A DNA stretch of 64,000 bases, from UHGV virus genome UHGV-0033546. One strand, 5' to 3'. A program made the translations under genes and the position numbers. The stretch comes from a virus. Below, one piece after another: positions 38,730 to 48,204 of this stretch; position 1 is the stretch's first letter, and every line of letters starts with the position of its first letter. The notes under the pieces are model-generated. The model made no database searches. It was not told the origin of the DNA and worked only from the letters and a program-made list of their open reading frames with translations.

Positions 38730-38747
38730 AGTCTCCCGAAGGAGACT
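38730..38747 (-). terminator. hairpin with UUCG tetraloop just after the 128-aa ORF
   Basis: + strand AGTCTCC-CGAA-GGAGACT. Confidence 0.45.
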
Positions 38748-38751
38748 AATG

Positions 38752-39138
38752 TTATTCGAGGGAAAGAAGATATTTGCTCTGGTAAAACATCCCAGTAATA
38801 TCATCTATCGTGCTTTGAATGGCTGGAGGCATTTCTTTATAAATGCTGTTAGATTGGTCTAGTATGTGATCAATCATTTTAATTGTGTCGGTAGGAAGTT
38901 TACTGGCATCTGGAATAGAAGGCGTGTATTTTCTACCAGAATACCCCAAATATTGCTCACCAAATTTGTCAATCAAATCTGGCAACTCAGAAAAAATAAA
39001 ATCGTATGCTTTGTGTCTAGCATAACTTTTAGTTTCAAAATGTGCAGAATGAAAATAAGCTTGTGCAGCCATTAATAAACCTGAGTATTCATCTGCCTTC
39101 GAAGGTTTTCCACTCTGTGAAAAGTCGCTGAATTTCAT
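38752..39138 (-). CDS. hypothetical protein, 128 aa (rI.-1 position)
   Basis: Track ORF immediately downstream of rI. Confidence 0.5.
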   Translation of the reverse strand: MKFSDFSQSGKPSKADEYSGLLMAAQAYFHSAHFETKSYARHKAYDFIFSELPDLIDKFGEQYLGYSGRKYTPSIPDASKLPTDTIKMIDHILDQSNSIYKEMPPAIQSTIDDITGMFYQSKYLLSLE

Positions 39139-39428
39139 TCAGTCTCCAATTTAATGTTCATAATTCTAGCGTATGATTGTGCCATCTCCGCGCCTCGTTC
39201 TATACATTCAAAATCGGAAGAGCACGGGTCATTTTTATAAGTCGTTCTCATAAAACTATAGAACTGTTCAGATGATTCTACGCTTTTATTTTCAAAAAGC
39301 ATATAAACATGTCTAATACCAGATTCCATAAATTTATCAAAATGAGGATCGACATTCGCTTCAATTGGTGGAGATAAAGCAAACGCTAATCCTAGCATGG
39401 CAAATAGTGCCGTTGCTTTTAAGGCCAT
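39135..39428 (-). CDS. rI: RI lysis-inhibition regulator (antiholin), 97 aa with signal-anchor
   Basis: 97 aa, N-terminal MALKATALFAMLGLAFALSPPIEA; sequence matches T4 RI as recalled. Confidence 0.8.
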   Translation of the reverse strand: MALKATALFAMLGLAFALSPPIEANVDPHFDKFMESGIRHVYMLFENKSVESSEQFYSFMRTTYKNDPCSSDFECIERGAEMAQSYARIMNIKLETE

Positions 39429-39440
39429 AAAGGCCTCCTA

Positions 39441-39653
39441 TCATTTTTGTCCTGTATTTACTTTATGCCGATGTACGGCCTTAACTTTATCAAGGTATTT
39501 TTCAAAATTTCGCAATCTGGTATAGTCTGCCGGAGATTGGTTGAGTGATACTTCTCGACGCAAAGCTGAAATAACATTTCCAACTTCCCTACGAATTTCA
39601 TCTAATTGAAGCACAGTAAGATTGCGAAGTTGCTTTTCAGTTAATTGTAGCAT
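39441..39653 (-). CDS. hypothetical protein, 70 aa
   Basis: Track ORF between tk and rI. Confidence 0.45.
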   Translation of the reverse strand: MLQLTEKQLRNLTVLQLDEIRREVGNVISALRREVSLNQSPADYTRLRNFEKYLDKVKAVHRHKVNTGQK

Positions 39654-39695
39654 ATATACCCCTTTAGTTAGATAAACCTATTTATAACTTTTGCA

Positions 39696-40277
39696 CTAAC
39701 CGAGCTTTTTAGTTAATTCATTCCAATGTTTTCTACATAAAGAAACATAAATTTCATCACCAATACAGATTTGATTACCTTCTTTAACAGGTGTTCCATC
39801 TTCCATTAATCGAGCTGTCATAATCGCTTTTTTACCACAATGACAAACTGCCTTTAGTTCAATAAGTTTATCTGCAATCGCTAAAAGTTCTTTAGAACCT
39901 TCGAATAATTTTCCAGCGAAATCAGTTCTTAATCCATAAGCCATAACAGGAACATTATATGTATCAACAATTCGGCTTAATTGGTGCACCTGTTCAGTTT
40001 TTAAAAACTGAGCTTCATCTACAAATACGCAATGAATATCTTTTTGTGCTTCAGCCCATTTATAGAACTCGAAAATATCCATATCATCCGTAATAATATT
40101 CGCTTCCTGTTTAATTCCAATGCGAGAAACGACTTCACAAACAGAATCGCGAGTATCAATAGCAGGCTTAAGAACTAATACACCCATTCCGCGTTCTTTA
40201 TAATTATGCGCAGCAGTCAAAAGAGAAGCAGATTTTCCAGCATTCATTGCTGCATAAGTAAAAATTAAACTCGCCAT
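39696..40277 (-). CDS. tk: thymidine kinase, 193 aa
   Basis: P-loop MNAGKS, C-terminal Zn motif CHCGKK...C; 193 aa as T4 tk. Confidence 0.9.
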   Translation of the reverse strand: MASLIFTYAAMNAGKSASLLTAAHNYKERGMGVLVLKPAIDTRDSVCEVVSRIGIKQEANIITDDMDIFEFYKWAEAQKDIHCVFVDEAQFLKTEQVHQLSRIVDTYNVPVMAYGLRTDFAGKLFEGSKELLAIADKLIELKAVCHCGKKAIMTARLMEDGTPVKEGNQICIGDEIYVSLCRKHWNELTKKLG

Positions 40278-40286
40278 ATCACCTTC

Positions 40287-40472
40287 TTAAAGCGTATTCA
40301 CATAAGCTATTAATTCGTTTTCTTTCTTATCAAACCGACCAGCAAATTCTTCCTGCTGTTCGGGAGATATCGGGCCATATTCATCATAAAAGGCGTTTGC
40401 TTCTGTATGCTCATCTAGAAGTTCATGGATAAGCTCAAACAATTTATCTTTTTGTTCTTTACTTAGGCTCAT
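40287..40472 (-). CDS. hypothetical acidic protein, 61 aa
   Basis: Track ORF. Confidence 0.4.
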   Translation of the reverse strand: MSLSKEQKDKLFELIHELLDEHTEANAFYDEYGPISPEQQEEFAGRFDKKENELIAYVNTL

Positions 40473-40638
40473 ATATTAATTTCCAGAAGTTTTAAAATAA
40501 TTCGCTTTTGCTTAAATATTTCCATAGTTAAATGATCAGTATCTTTTTGACCAATTCCAATGGCAAAACCTTTATTAGCAGCGAGTTCAATTAAATTATC
40601 AAGTTCATGTAACACTTCGTATTGTAACTCAGAGCTAT

Positions 40639-40845
40639 TCATTTCGGTTTACCTTCTTTAACGAAATCAGGATAAGGATAAAATCCTGAATAAAATCCTT
40701 CGCCTTTATGATTGATGCATCCTTTATTAGAACAATAGCACCAATAATCAAAATCACAAGCCATTTCATCATTACATAAAGCAAATACAACTGGCCATTC
40801 GCACTTTTCGCAGTGGGCATTTTTAAGAATACTAGTTTGGCTCAT
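40639..40845 (-). CDS. Cys-rich small protein, about 68 aa
   Basis: ATG at 40845 in ATGA overlap with upstream stop; multiple Cys (CEKCEW, CYCSNKGC). Confidence 0.4.
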   Translation of the reverse strand: MSQTSILKNAHCEKCEWPVVFALCNDEMACDFDYWCYCSNKGCINHKGEGFYSGFYPYPDFVKEGKPK

Positions 40846-41054
40846 AACCATGTAACCTTTAAGCAATATTCTTCTACGTGTTGTTTACGACCTTTCTTAT
40901 CAATAAAGGTATATTCAACGAATGTTCCAATGTAGTCTTTATCTACATCATGTGGACTATTAATTGGGCATTTAGTACGGCAAATGCGTTCCCATTGACG
41001 AATAATTACTGCTTTGTTTTTAGGATCAAACGGATGCGGGTAATGTGCTTTCAT
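40842..41054 (-). CDS. hypothetical protein, 70 aa
   Basis: Track ORF. Confidence 0.4.
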   Translation of the reverse strand: MKAHYPHPFDPKNKAVIIRQWERICRTKCPINSPHDVDKDYIGTFVEYTFIDKKGRKQHVEEYCLKVTWL

Positions 41055-41505
41055 AATCCACCACTATTAAATCAATATCAGGAGTAAACATGTCGATTAA
41101 TTTAGAAACCTTATCCCAATCACCGCCAGCAATACCACAACCTATACGTGGAATGTAAATTACTGGTTTAAACAAAAGGGTTTCTGCCTGTAGATTTAAT
41201 TCTATCATACAGTTTACTAAAGCACCATAATCAAGATTAGAACCCGGTTCGTATTGCGTATACAAATTATAGCACATACTAAATCCTGTAGGATTATGTT
41301 TAAAAACAATAGACATGTCGCCTAATTTATCACGAGAACCGTACTCGGTAGTGGTTTTATCTATTTCTAAAATTTTGGGATAGGCTCTTGCTAATTGACC
41401 CGCTACGCCAGAGCCCATTGTATGGAAGCAATTGCACCCGTGCGCAATAATATTACCTCCAAGAAAGAGGGCGACAATATCGCCCTTGATATATTTTACA
41501 ATCAT
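41026..41505 (-). CDS. macrodomain (ADP-ribose binding/processing) protein, 159 aa
   Basis: Macro-fold motifs: KGDIV...NIIAHGCN, glycine-rich GSGVAGQLARA, and IPRIGCGIAGG. Confidence 0.55.
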   Translation of the reverse strand: MIVKYIKGDIVALFLGGNIIAHGCNCFHTMGSGVAGQLARAYPKILEIDKTTTEYGSRDKLGDMSIVFKHNPTGFSMCYNLYTQYEPGSNLDYGALVNCMIELNLQAETLLFKPVIYIPRIGCGIAGGDWDKVSKLIDMFTPDIDLIVVDYESTLPASV

Positions 41506-41849
41506 CTAGTACTCAATCCTCGATTATAAGAATCTACTAAACGGTCAACCATTGAACGACAAGCGGCTTTGTCTTTTTCCTCCGCGACTGAGCATTCTAA
41601 GGTATTCCATTTTTTAGCATATCGTTTTAATAATGTATCGTTTTTGTATCTGCTTGATTTATCTCTTTCTCCGTCTTTATATGCATATATTAATTTCTGC
41701 GCAAATTCAGCTTGACATGCTTTATTTTTCCCACAATAATCTGCCGCAGTGCGGTTTACATACTCTCTAATTTCAGTATATGATGTATCTGCTGACGCAG
41801 AAGCAGAAATTGAAATTAATCCTATACATAAAACCAAAATTTTAGTCAT
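41502..41849 (-). CDS. secreted Cys-containing protein, 115 aa
   Basis: Signal peptide MTKILVLCIGLISISASASA. Confidence 0.5.
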   Translation of the reverse strand: MTKILVLCIGLISISASASADTSYTEIREYVNRTAADYCGKNKACQAEFAQKLIYAYKDGERDKSSRYKNDTLLKRYAKKWNTLECSVAEEKDKAACRSMVDRLVDSYNRGLSTR

Positions 41850-42387
41850 TTACTATTTCCAAAAGTTTATTATTTTTAAGGTAATTAGCCTTTTCTAGGA
41901 CTTCAGAAGCATATTTAGAACCTGCTTTAACATTCCATCCCGAATTATAAGAGGATATTGCTTTTCTTATATCGCCCTTATGTATATTTAACCAATAAGA
42001 AAGTTCAATGTACGCCCAGGAAGCTGAATTGGACCGTTTATTCAACATTCTTTTTATTTCAGCATCGGTCATATTATAACCAAGTTCCTTAACTCTTGCT
42101 CGCATAGTTGGCAAATAATTTTGGAACATTCCATAGGCATGATGCTTTGGTTTAGATTTTAAATTAACTCCGCCAGAGCTTTCTTGCCATAAAATGGCTG
42201 CCATTATATGACCTAATCCACTCTTATGAACATTTTGGTGTGTTTTATATTTTCCATCCTTAGAAAACTGTTCCCCGAATTGATACGCGTAACGCATGTT
42301 ATCGAGTTGGACATTACTGAAAGTATGCTCGGAGCTATGTGCCATCATAGAAATGGCCAATAGACCAGCGAGTAGTGCTTTTCTCAT
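41842..42387 (-). CDS. secreted lytic-transglycosylase-like protein, 181 aa
   Basis: Signal peptide MRKALLAGLLAISMMAHS; SLT-type motifs WQESSGG, GMFQ, YNSG. Confidence 0.5.
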   Translation of the reverse strand: MRKALLAGLLAISMMAHSSEHTFSNVQLDNMRYAYQFGEQFSKDGKYKTHQNVHKSGLGHIMAAILWQESSGGVNLKSKPKHHAYGMFQNYLPTMRARVKELGYNMTDAEIKRMLNKRSNSASWAYIELSYWLNIHKGDIRKAISSYNSGWNVKAGSKYASEVLEKANYLKNNKLLEIVND

Positions 42388-42394
42388 GTTTACC

Positions 42395-42856
42395 TCATTG
42401 AGTTTTAATTACTGCTTTAGAAGCCTTTCCTGGTAAACGACGACTGTTGATAATTGCCATCCTACATTGAAGTGACGGGTCTTTGAACTTCGCATTAGGT
42501 TTACAAACCGTAAATCCAAGCCAAAGATTTCCATCTGTGATTTCTAAACGTCCAGGACGATATTCAACTCCATCAATAAAATCCTCGTCAATATCAGGAC
42601 GCGGAGGCATACTCAGGAATTCATTAACTTCTAAAACATGGTCTTTTATTTTATGGAATAATTCAAAAACATATGTCTCATCAATCTCCCGTTGAATTGC
42701 ACGATCAAGAAGATGTTGAGAATATTTTAGATGAAACGATGAGACTCCTGCTGCTTTTGATGCCTCACGAATCTCATTGTTAATTTGACGAAACTCCGAC
42801 TCAAAGTGACGACGAAGCTTATTTCGACGGATAAAAACTTCTGTGTTGATAGTCAT
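42395..42856 (-). CDS. regB: RegB sequence-specific endoribonuclease, 153 aa
   Basis: 153 aa; N-terminus MTINTEVFIRRNKLRRHFESEF matches T4 RegB as recalled. Confidence 0.8.
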   Translation of the reverse strand: MTINTEVFIRRNKLRRHFESEFRQINNEIREASKAAGVSSFHLKYSQHLLDRAIQREIDETYVFELFHKIKDHVLEVNEFLSMPPRPDIDEDFIDGVEYRPGRLEITDGNLWLGFTVCKPNAKFKDPSLQCRMAIINSRRLPGKASKAVIKTQ

Positions 42857-42883
42857 GTTATTCTCCTCTTAACTGATAGGAAA

Positions 42884-42912
42884 ATTATACCACAGTCAAG
42901 AGGAAAAGTAAA
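42884..42912 (-). promoter_or_regulatory. early-type promoter: -35 TTTACT (42912-42907), spacer 17, -10 TATAAT (42889-42884)
   Basis: Minus-strand reading; 28 nt upstream of regB ATG. Confidence 0.5.
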
Positions 42913-42915
42913 CAG

Positions 42916-43194
42916 TTATTCTTTAAATCTAATCAATTTATTCATAGACTTTGTAACTTCTGCACGGACCTCATGCAGGTTTTTAAGCTGTTCAAGACGT
43001 TGCTCATAGTAAGCAATTTCATCTTCTTCGAGACAGTCGTCAGAATCTTCTTTAAGATAACGCGCATAGTCCTGGAAAGCTTTACGAACTACTTCTTGGA
43101 AGTCATCAAGACTTTGAATTTTCTTAGGAGCAACAGATACACGACGAGGGGCGGTATAATACTCGTAACCAAACCCTGCGCTTAATTGAGCCAT
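42916..43194 (-). CDS. hypothetical protein, about 92 aa
   Basis: ATG at 43194 with GAGGAAA SD; track ORF extends to 43266 and overlaps the upstream ORF. Confidence 0.4.
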   Translation of the reverse strand: MAQLSAGFGYEYYTAPRRVSVAPKKIQSLDDFQEVVRKAFQDYARYLKEDSDDCLEEDEIAYYEQRLEQLKNLHEVRAEVTKSMNKLIRFKE

Positions 43195-43459
43195 TAATAT
43201 TTTTCCTCTGGTTGGAACACTGCACGACAAGCCCACATACTGGCTTCTTTGAGTTTCGTTTAGCAATAGTTAACTGATCGAGGCTTTCGGCGTAATTCTT
43301 CGCGAATTCATAGTCTTCACAATTATCTAGTGCTTCCCAGAATTCGTCATATAAAGCGGAAAAGATAAGTCCTAAACGAACTTCAGCGTCTTTGATAGCA
43401 TTCACTTTACCGATTTTCTCTTCAGTATGTGGTTTATAACCTTTAATATCTTCAATCAT
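43124..43459 (-). CDS. hypothetical protein, about 111 aa (C-terminal 40 aa low-complexity; possible frameshift with next ORF)
   Basis: ATG at 43459; overlaps 42916-43194 by 71 nt in another frame. Confidence 0.35.
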   Translation of the reverse strand: MIEDIKGYKPHTEEKIGKVNAIKDAEVRLGLIFSALYDEFWEALDNCEDYEFAKNYAESLDQLTIAKRNSKKPVCGLVVQCSNQRKNINGSIKRRVWLRVLYRPSSCICCS

Positions 43460-43673
43460 ATTTGACTTCCTCGCCAGTACCCAAATCATATTCAACTAAA
43501 CGAATAGGTTCATGAATGCCATATCCTTGAACAGAAATTTCTGTCGTAGGATAAATTCCATCAATATCACCCATATTCCATGCCTCATTAAATTGTTGTT
43601 CGCCTGAATTACTAAACCATTCAGCGAAAGCATTTAGTACATCTTCAGAACCTTCAATAATTATCTTTGCCAT
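43452..43673 (-). CDS. hypothetical acidic protein, 73 aa
   Basis: Track ORF. Confidence 0.45.
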   Translation of the reverse strand: MAKIIIEGSEDVLNAFAEWFSNSGEQQFNEAWNMGDIDGIYPTTEISVQGYGIHEPIRLVEYDLGTGEEVKYD

Positions 43674-44035
43674 TATAAGCTCTCAGTAAAGGTACGAGCG
43701 ATAACGTCGCGCTGCTGTTCCGGAGTCAGAGAGTTAAAGCGAACTGCATAACCGGATACACGGATGGTCAGCTGCGGATATTTTTCCGGATGCTTAACTG
43801 CATCTTCCAGAGTTTCACGACGCAGAACGTTAACGTTCAGGTGTTGACCACCTTCAATTTTAACTGTAGGCTGTGACTCAATTTCAATTTCACGGGCATG
43901 CAAACCATAGAAAATTTCTGGGTCTACAAAAGAGTCCTCTTTAAAAGTTTTAGAGACAATAATTCGTGCTTGAATACCATCTTCAAAATAAATAGTACCT
44001 TTATGTGTGCCTTCAAGAATTTGATATGCTTTCAT
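43673..44035 (-). CDS. autonomous glycyl-radical cofactor (GrcA/YfiD-like), 120 aa
   Basis: Glycyl-radical signature RVSGYAVRF near C-terminus in a PFL-C-terminal-like 120-aa protein. Confidence 0.6.
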   Translation of the reverse strand: MKAYQILEGTHKGTIYFEDGIQARIIVSKTFKEDSFVDPEIFYGLHAREIEIESQPTVKIEGGQHLNVNVLRRETLEDAVKHPEKYPQLTIRVSGYAVRFNSLTPEQQRDVIARTFTESL

Positions 44036-44041
44036 ATAACC

Positions 44042-44371
44042 TCAATTAGAAAATAAATTTATCCAAGATTGTTCTTTAATTAAAAATGGCTCAGAATCAT
44101 ATGCCATTAAACTTTGGGTAATTAATCCTTTAAATGGTCCATCAATAAATTCCATTGTAAAATATGGAATTTTATTCATTAACCGTGCATTAGGAGCAGT
44201 GCACAAAACTCTGCATCCTTTGAATACACCTTTCTGTAATTTATATTGCTTGGGATAAAATTCGCTCAAGACGTTGTTATTTGCTAAAATTTCAAAATGA
44301 TTCACCAACTTATTTTTAATAGTTTTTGGCGAAAAATAAAGATATTCAAAAAGCTGCGCATCTGTCATCAT
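44042..44371 (-). CDS. hypothetical protein, about 109 aa
   Basis: ATG at 44371 in ATGA overlap with upstream stop (track start 44422). Confidence 0.4.
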   Translation of the reverse strand: MMTDAQLFEYLYFSPKTIKNKLVNHFEILANNNVLSEFYPKQYKLQKGVFKGCRVLCTAPNARLMNKIPYFTMEFIDGPFKGLITQSLMAYDSEPFLIKEQSWINLFSN

Positions 44372-44907
44372 TGCATTCCAATTACGAAAAACTGTGGACG
44401 AGTAATACCACCAATGCAACATTTACTATTGCAGCAGTAGTGTACAGTGTCCATATGGGCGCTATAAATCTTATCCATATCAGGAGATTTAACAGGCTCA
44501 TCAATTATATACAAAATTCGCGAAAGCGATAAACCTATAAACTTGCTTCCTTTATTACCAATAAAACTACGGACAGAATCGGTAAATAAACGAAAACGTA
44601 TATCGTCATTAGAATAACGCGAAAATTCCTTTTTGATGTTATCTGCAGAAATTTTAGCGTAAGCTGAAGTATTAGAAAGAACAATAACTGTTCCGCCATC
44701 ATACAGCCAATTAGCAGCAAAGTTAGTCACAGCAGTTGATTTACCGGATTGACGTCCACCATCTAGTCGAAGAGTGCAATACTGTTTAAGCAAGTCTTCA
44801 AATGGCAAGATATAATCGTTTTTACAAATTTCTTCTACTCTAGCATCAGAATGGTGTGTAAAAGCATTCATCAGGGATAGATAAGGACCAGTCAAAAATG
44901 TTCTCAT
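44368..44907 (-). CDS. P-loop NTPase-like protein, about 179 aa
   Basis: Walker A GGRQSGKST; ATG at 44907 has the best SD (AGAGAGAA); track start 44955. Confidence 0.45.
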   Translation of the reverse strand: MRTFLTGPYLSLMNAFTHHSDARVEEICKNDYILPFEDLLKQYCTLRLDGGRQSGKSTAVTNFAANWLYDGGTVIVLSNTSAYAKISADNIKKEFSRYSNDDIRFRLFTDSVRSFIGNKGSKFIGLSLSRILYIIDEPVKSPDMDKIYSAHMDTVHYCCNSKCCIGGITRPQFFVIGMQ

Positions 44908-45060
44908 TTTGTTCTCTCTAGATTTGGGCCATTCCATGGCACATGAATTGTCCATTCCTGTATTTACCCATTACCGCGCCCGGGCTCGACCTTATTACAG
45001 GTTGGCGGGAATCCCTCACAGAATCATGAGGTCCAGGTTGTTCCCATGTTATTTACTGTA

Positions 45061-45534
45061 TTATTTAAATGATTTGACGTACTGAACAGAACCTTTGCTA
45101 TTCACGAAAGCGATTTTACCATTTTTGTTATACATGGTAGCAGTACGCTGATAGCCATAAGTTTGCTTACCAGATTGATAACCAACTAATGCAAAATTAT
45201 CTTCGCCCATTTTATTCTGTTTAGCACGAATACGCTCATGACCGTGAGCCATAAGAACCTTAGCATCGCCAGTTGCAATGGATCTACGAGTTTTTTCATC
45301 TTCAACTGTATTAACAAAGTCGTCAAATGAATCAAATTTAGCATGAGATTTATTATACAGTTTTCCATCTACTGCATAATTATATCCCTGTACATCCATC
45401 TCAACTTCTGTACCATCATCCAATACAGCAGTGATTTTTTGACCTTTTTTAAATTTCAAAAGATCAGTAAAAGATTCAGCAATAATTTGAGAATTAATAG
45501 CTGCTTCAGTGATAAATTCTTGATATGTTTTCAT
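45061..45534 (-). CDS. internal-protein-like head protein with capsid-targeting leader, 157 aa
   Basis: N-terminus MKTYQEFITEA matches the T4 IP capsid-targeting sequence (cleavage expected after ...E-A); body unlike T4 IPII/IPIII by length. Confidence 0.6.
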   Translation of the reverse strand: MKTYQEFITEAAINSQIIAESFTDLLKFKKGQKITAVLDDGTEVEMDVQGYNYAVDGKLYNKSHAKFDSFDDFVNTVEDEKTRRSIATGDAKVLMAHGHERIRAKQNKMGEDNFALVGYQSGKQTYGYQRTATMYNKNGKIAFVNSKGSVQYVKSFK

Positions 45535-45543
45535 GTGTTTCCT

Positions 45544-45960
45544 TTAAATGTAAATATTTTTACCGTAATACTTATACCAGTGTGGTTTCATTAAAATTTT
45601 TTCATCGAGTCGTTGTTGACTCAACTTAATAGCTGATTTGCATGGGTTATAATCATTTTTCCATTCTACTGGAATATCGCTGATGTCAGGAACTTCAGTA
45701 TCTTTTATACTGAACCCGCGTTTTAAGCATTCCGTTATAATGTCTGATTGACGCTTTCGCAAAAATTCTAACTTATCGTAAAAGAACGTAACATGACCAG
45801 AACCTAAAATAAACTCGGAAGATATTTTAAAATCTTTAACTCTCTTACCATTTGCCACATGTTTACGAACTATACCAAAAACGCGTGGCAATTCACGGTA
45901 TTCTGCAATTAAATGCTGATCAGCAAGTTCAGATACTAAAGTCAAATTAATACGAGTCAT
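45544..45960 (-). CDS. denV: DenV endonuclease V (pyrimidine-dimer DNA glycosylase), 138 aa
   Basis: 138 aa; [17 protein letters not shown]...[10 protein letters not shown] conserved with T4 DenV, diverged in C-terminal half. Confidence 0.85.
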   Translation of the reverse strand: MTRINLTLVSELADQHLIAEYRELPRVFGIVRKHVANGKRVKDFKISSEFILGSGHVTFFYDKLEFLRKRQSDIITECLKRGFSIKDTEVPDISDIPVEWKNDYNPCKSAIKLSQQRLDEKILMKPHWYKYYGKNIYI

Positions 45961-45985
45961 TTTATCCCTCCAAGTAACTGTGAAT

Positions 45986-46014
45986 ATACTATCACAATTC
46001 TAGGAGAAAGTAAA
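45986..46014 (-). promoter_or_regulatory. early-type promoter: -35 TTTACT (46014-46009), spacer 17, -10 TAGTAT (45991-45986)
   Basis: Minus-strand reading; 26 nt upstream of denV ATG. Confidence 0.4.
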
Positions 46015-46019
46015 CAACT

Positions 46020-46550
<531 letters not shown>

Positions 46551-46991
46551 TTAAAAGAGGTTGTTCATTATTCGGTAAAGTGAAGGACCCATCACATATT
46601 GCCATTGAGTACGAGGAATAAGAGCAAAAGCGTCCATCTCTGGAATCATAACTCCATCTTTATTTTCAAAATAAGACTCGCAATGGCAATTTCTGAACAT
46701 CTCATGCTCTACTGGAATCGTATAATAAAATAACTGCAGGTCTTTATTACTAGAATATTTAAATACACCTAGGTCTTCTAGAAGGTCTGGATTATAATTG
46801 CTAAAACCAGTCTCTTCTAAGCATTCTCTTTTTGCAGCTTCCAGCGCATTCAAATCAGAACTTTCTACACGCCCCTTTGGAATATCCCAACGATGCGCCA
46901 TCATTCCAGGCTTACGAGAACCGGTGACCCGCCCCATAAATAAATCTTTATCTTCTGTCATAAAGATAATACCAGCTGATAGTGTTTTCAT
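46551..46991 (-). CDS. nudE: Nudix hydrolase NudE, 146 aa
   Basis: Nudix box GRVESSDLNALEAAKRECLEETGF. Confidence 0.85.
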   Translation of the reverse strand: MKTLSAGIIFMTEDKDLFMGRVTGSRKPGMMAHRWDIPKGRVESSDLNALEAAKRECLEETGFSNYNPDLLEDLGVFKYSSNKDLQLFYYTIPVEHEMFRNCHCESYFENKDGVMIPEMDAFALIPRTQWQYVMGPSLYRIMNNLF

Positions 46992-47476
46992 TTTAATTTC
47001 CTACATTCAGTGATAAAGTTATTTAAATTTTGAGTATATTTCTTTTCATCAAAAATCTTTTGTTGTCTACGTAAACGCCATGGCATTTCAATGAACACAC
47101 ACCATATTCCTGATATTACTGCTGTTATAAAAACATTAACAAGCAGAGTAAAAAGAGCCCAATCTCCTATTCTATCCATTGGATTTTTTCCAAAGAAATA
47201 AAATACGAATGATGACATAGGAAAACTAATGATATACCACAGAAGCATATTCTTGCCTGTAAACCAATCAGCGTTCGTTAACTTAGCGCGACCGTTTTGA
47301 ATACACACGAATTTATCGTCTGTTAAAGTAGATGGCTTAACTGCTTGATATCCCATTCTAAACTCCCTAATTAACAAATTTTTCATATCTTCGGAACAAC
47401 CATTCCAGTCAACTCTATCAACTGAAATGCCATCATCCCCATCATCTAAATCATACCAGCGAGTTTTAAAAATCAT
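46988..47476 (-). CDS. membrane protein, 162 aa
   Basis: Two to three TM helices in C-terminal half. Confidence 0.5.
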   Translation of the reverse strand: MIFKTRWYDLDDGDDGISVDRVDWNGCSEDMKNLLIREFRMGYQAVKPSTLTDDKFVCIQNGRAKLTNADWFTGKNMLLWYIISFPMSSFVFYFFGKNPMDRIGDWALFTLLVNVFITAVISGIWCVFIEMPWRLRRQQKIFDEKKYTQNLNNFITECRKLK

Positions 47477-47835
47477 TTAATTTTCCTACAATCACTCACA
47501 AACTCTTTCATTGATTCGTTTTCAATATAAGACATGTAGCTATTATATTCCTTTAATTGTATTTTGTAATCCTTTTTTCTTTGCCAATTTATTTTAAAAT
47601 TATCATAATGAAAATATAACATGGTACCAAAGAATGAAAATAATGAAATCGCTATAGTATAACGAAGTTCACTCCAAACCTCTGTTATAATTACTGTGCC
47701 GTCAATGTTTAAAATAAAACAGTCAATTAACAATCCAATAAGACTACCAGCAAGAGCTGTAAATACTGATACGGCAAGAATTAATAGTGCCTCAGGAAAC
47801 GAATATTTGACTTTATTTAATTTTGGCTTTTGCAT
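47473..47835 (-). CDS. membrane protein, 120 aa
   Basis: Two TM helices. Confidence 0.5.
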   Translation of the reverse strand: MQKPKLNKVKYSFPEALLILAVSVFTALAGSLIGLLIDCFILNIDGTVIITEVWSELRYTIAISLFSFFGTMLYFHYDNFKINWQRKKDYKIQLKEYNSYMSYIENESMKEFVSDCRKIK

Positions 47836-47904
47836 CGTGATTCCTTAACAAATTTCATAATTTCATCAAATTCATACGCAGCAAGTTTAAGTTGGTGTTC
47901 CTTT

Positions 47905-48204
47905 TTAATCTTTCCAATCGCGTACGCGTTTACGGTAATGTCTTCCTTGATACCAGTATCCTATCCAATTTACGGGTACTAATAAAAGTGGAATTATCAT
48001 TGGAAGAATTAGTGTTGACACAAATATTACACCAAATTTATTGGCAGTCATAACGTCTATAACCATTCCAACTACAAATGATACAACTACCACAGGACCC
48101 ATTAATACATCAGTAGAAATTATCTGACGCTTTAATTCATACTTCAACGGTTTACTTGGAAGGTATAGTGATGGTTTTGACATATTCTCTACATTCCTTA
48201 ACAA
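47905..48204 (-). CDS. membrane protein, 99 aa
   Basis: Two TM helices. Confidence 0.45.
   Translation of the reverse strand: MLRNVENMSKPSLYLPSKPLKYELKRQIISTDVLMGPVVVVSFVVGMVIDVMTANKFGVIFVSTLILPMIIPLLLVPVNWIGYWYQGRHYRKRVRDWKD

Noticed and set aside
40635-40820. 61-aa hydrophobic ORF overlapping the Cys-rich ORF 40639-40845
   Set aside because: Almost entirely nested in another frame; the Cys-rich frame has the ATGA-coupled start. A small membrane peptide cannot be excluded.
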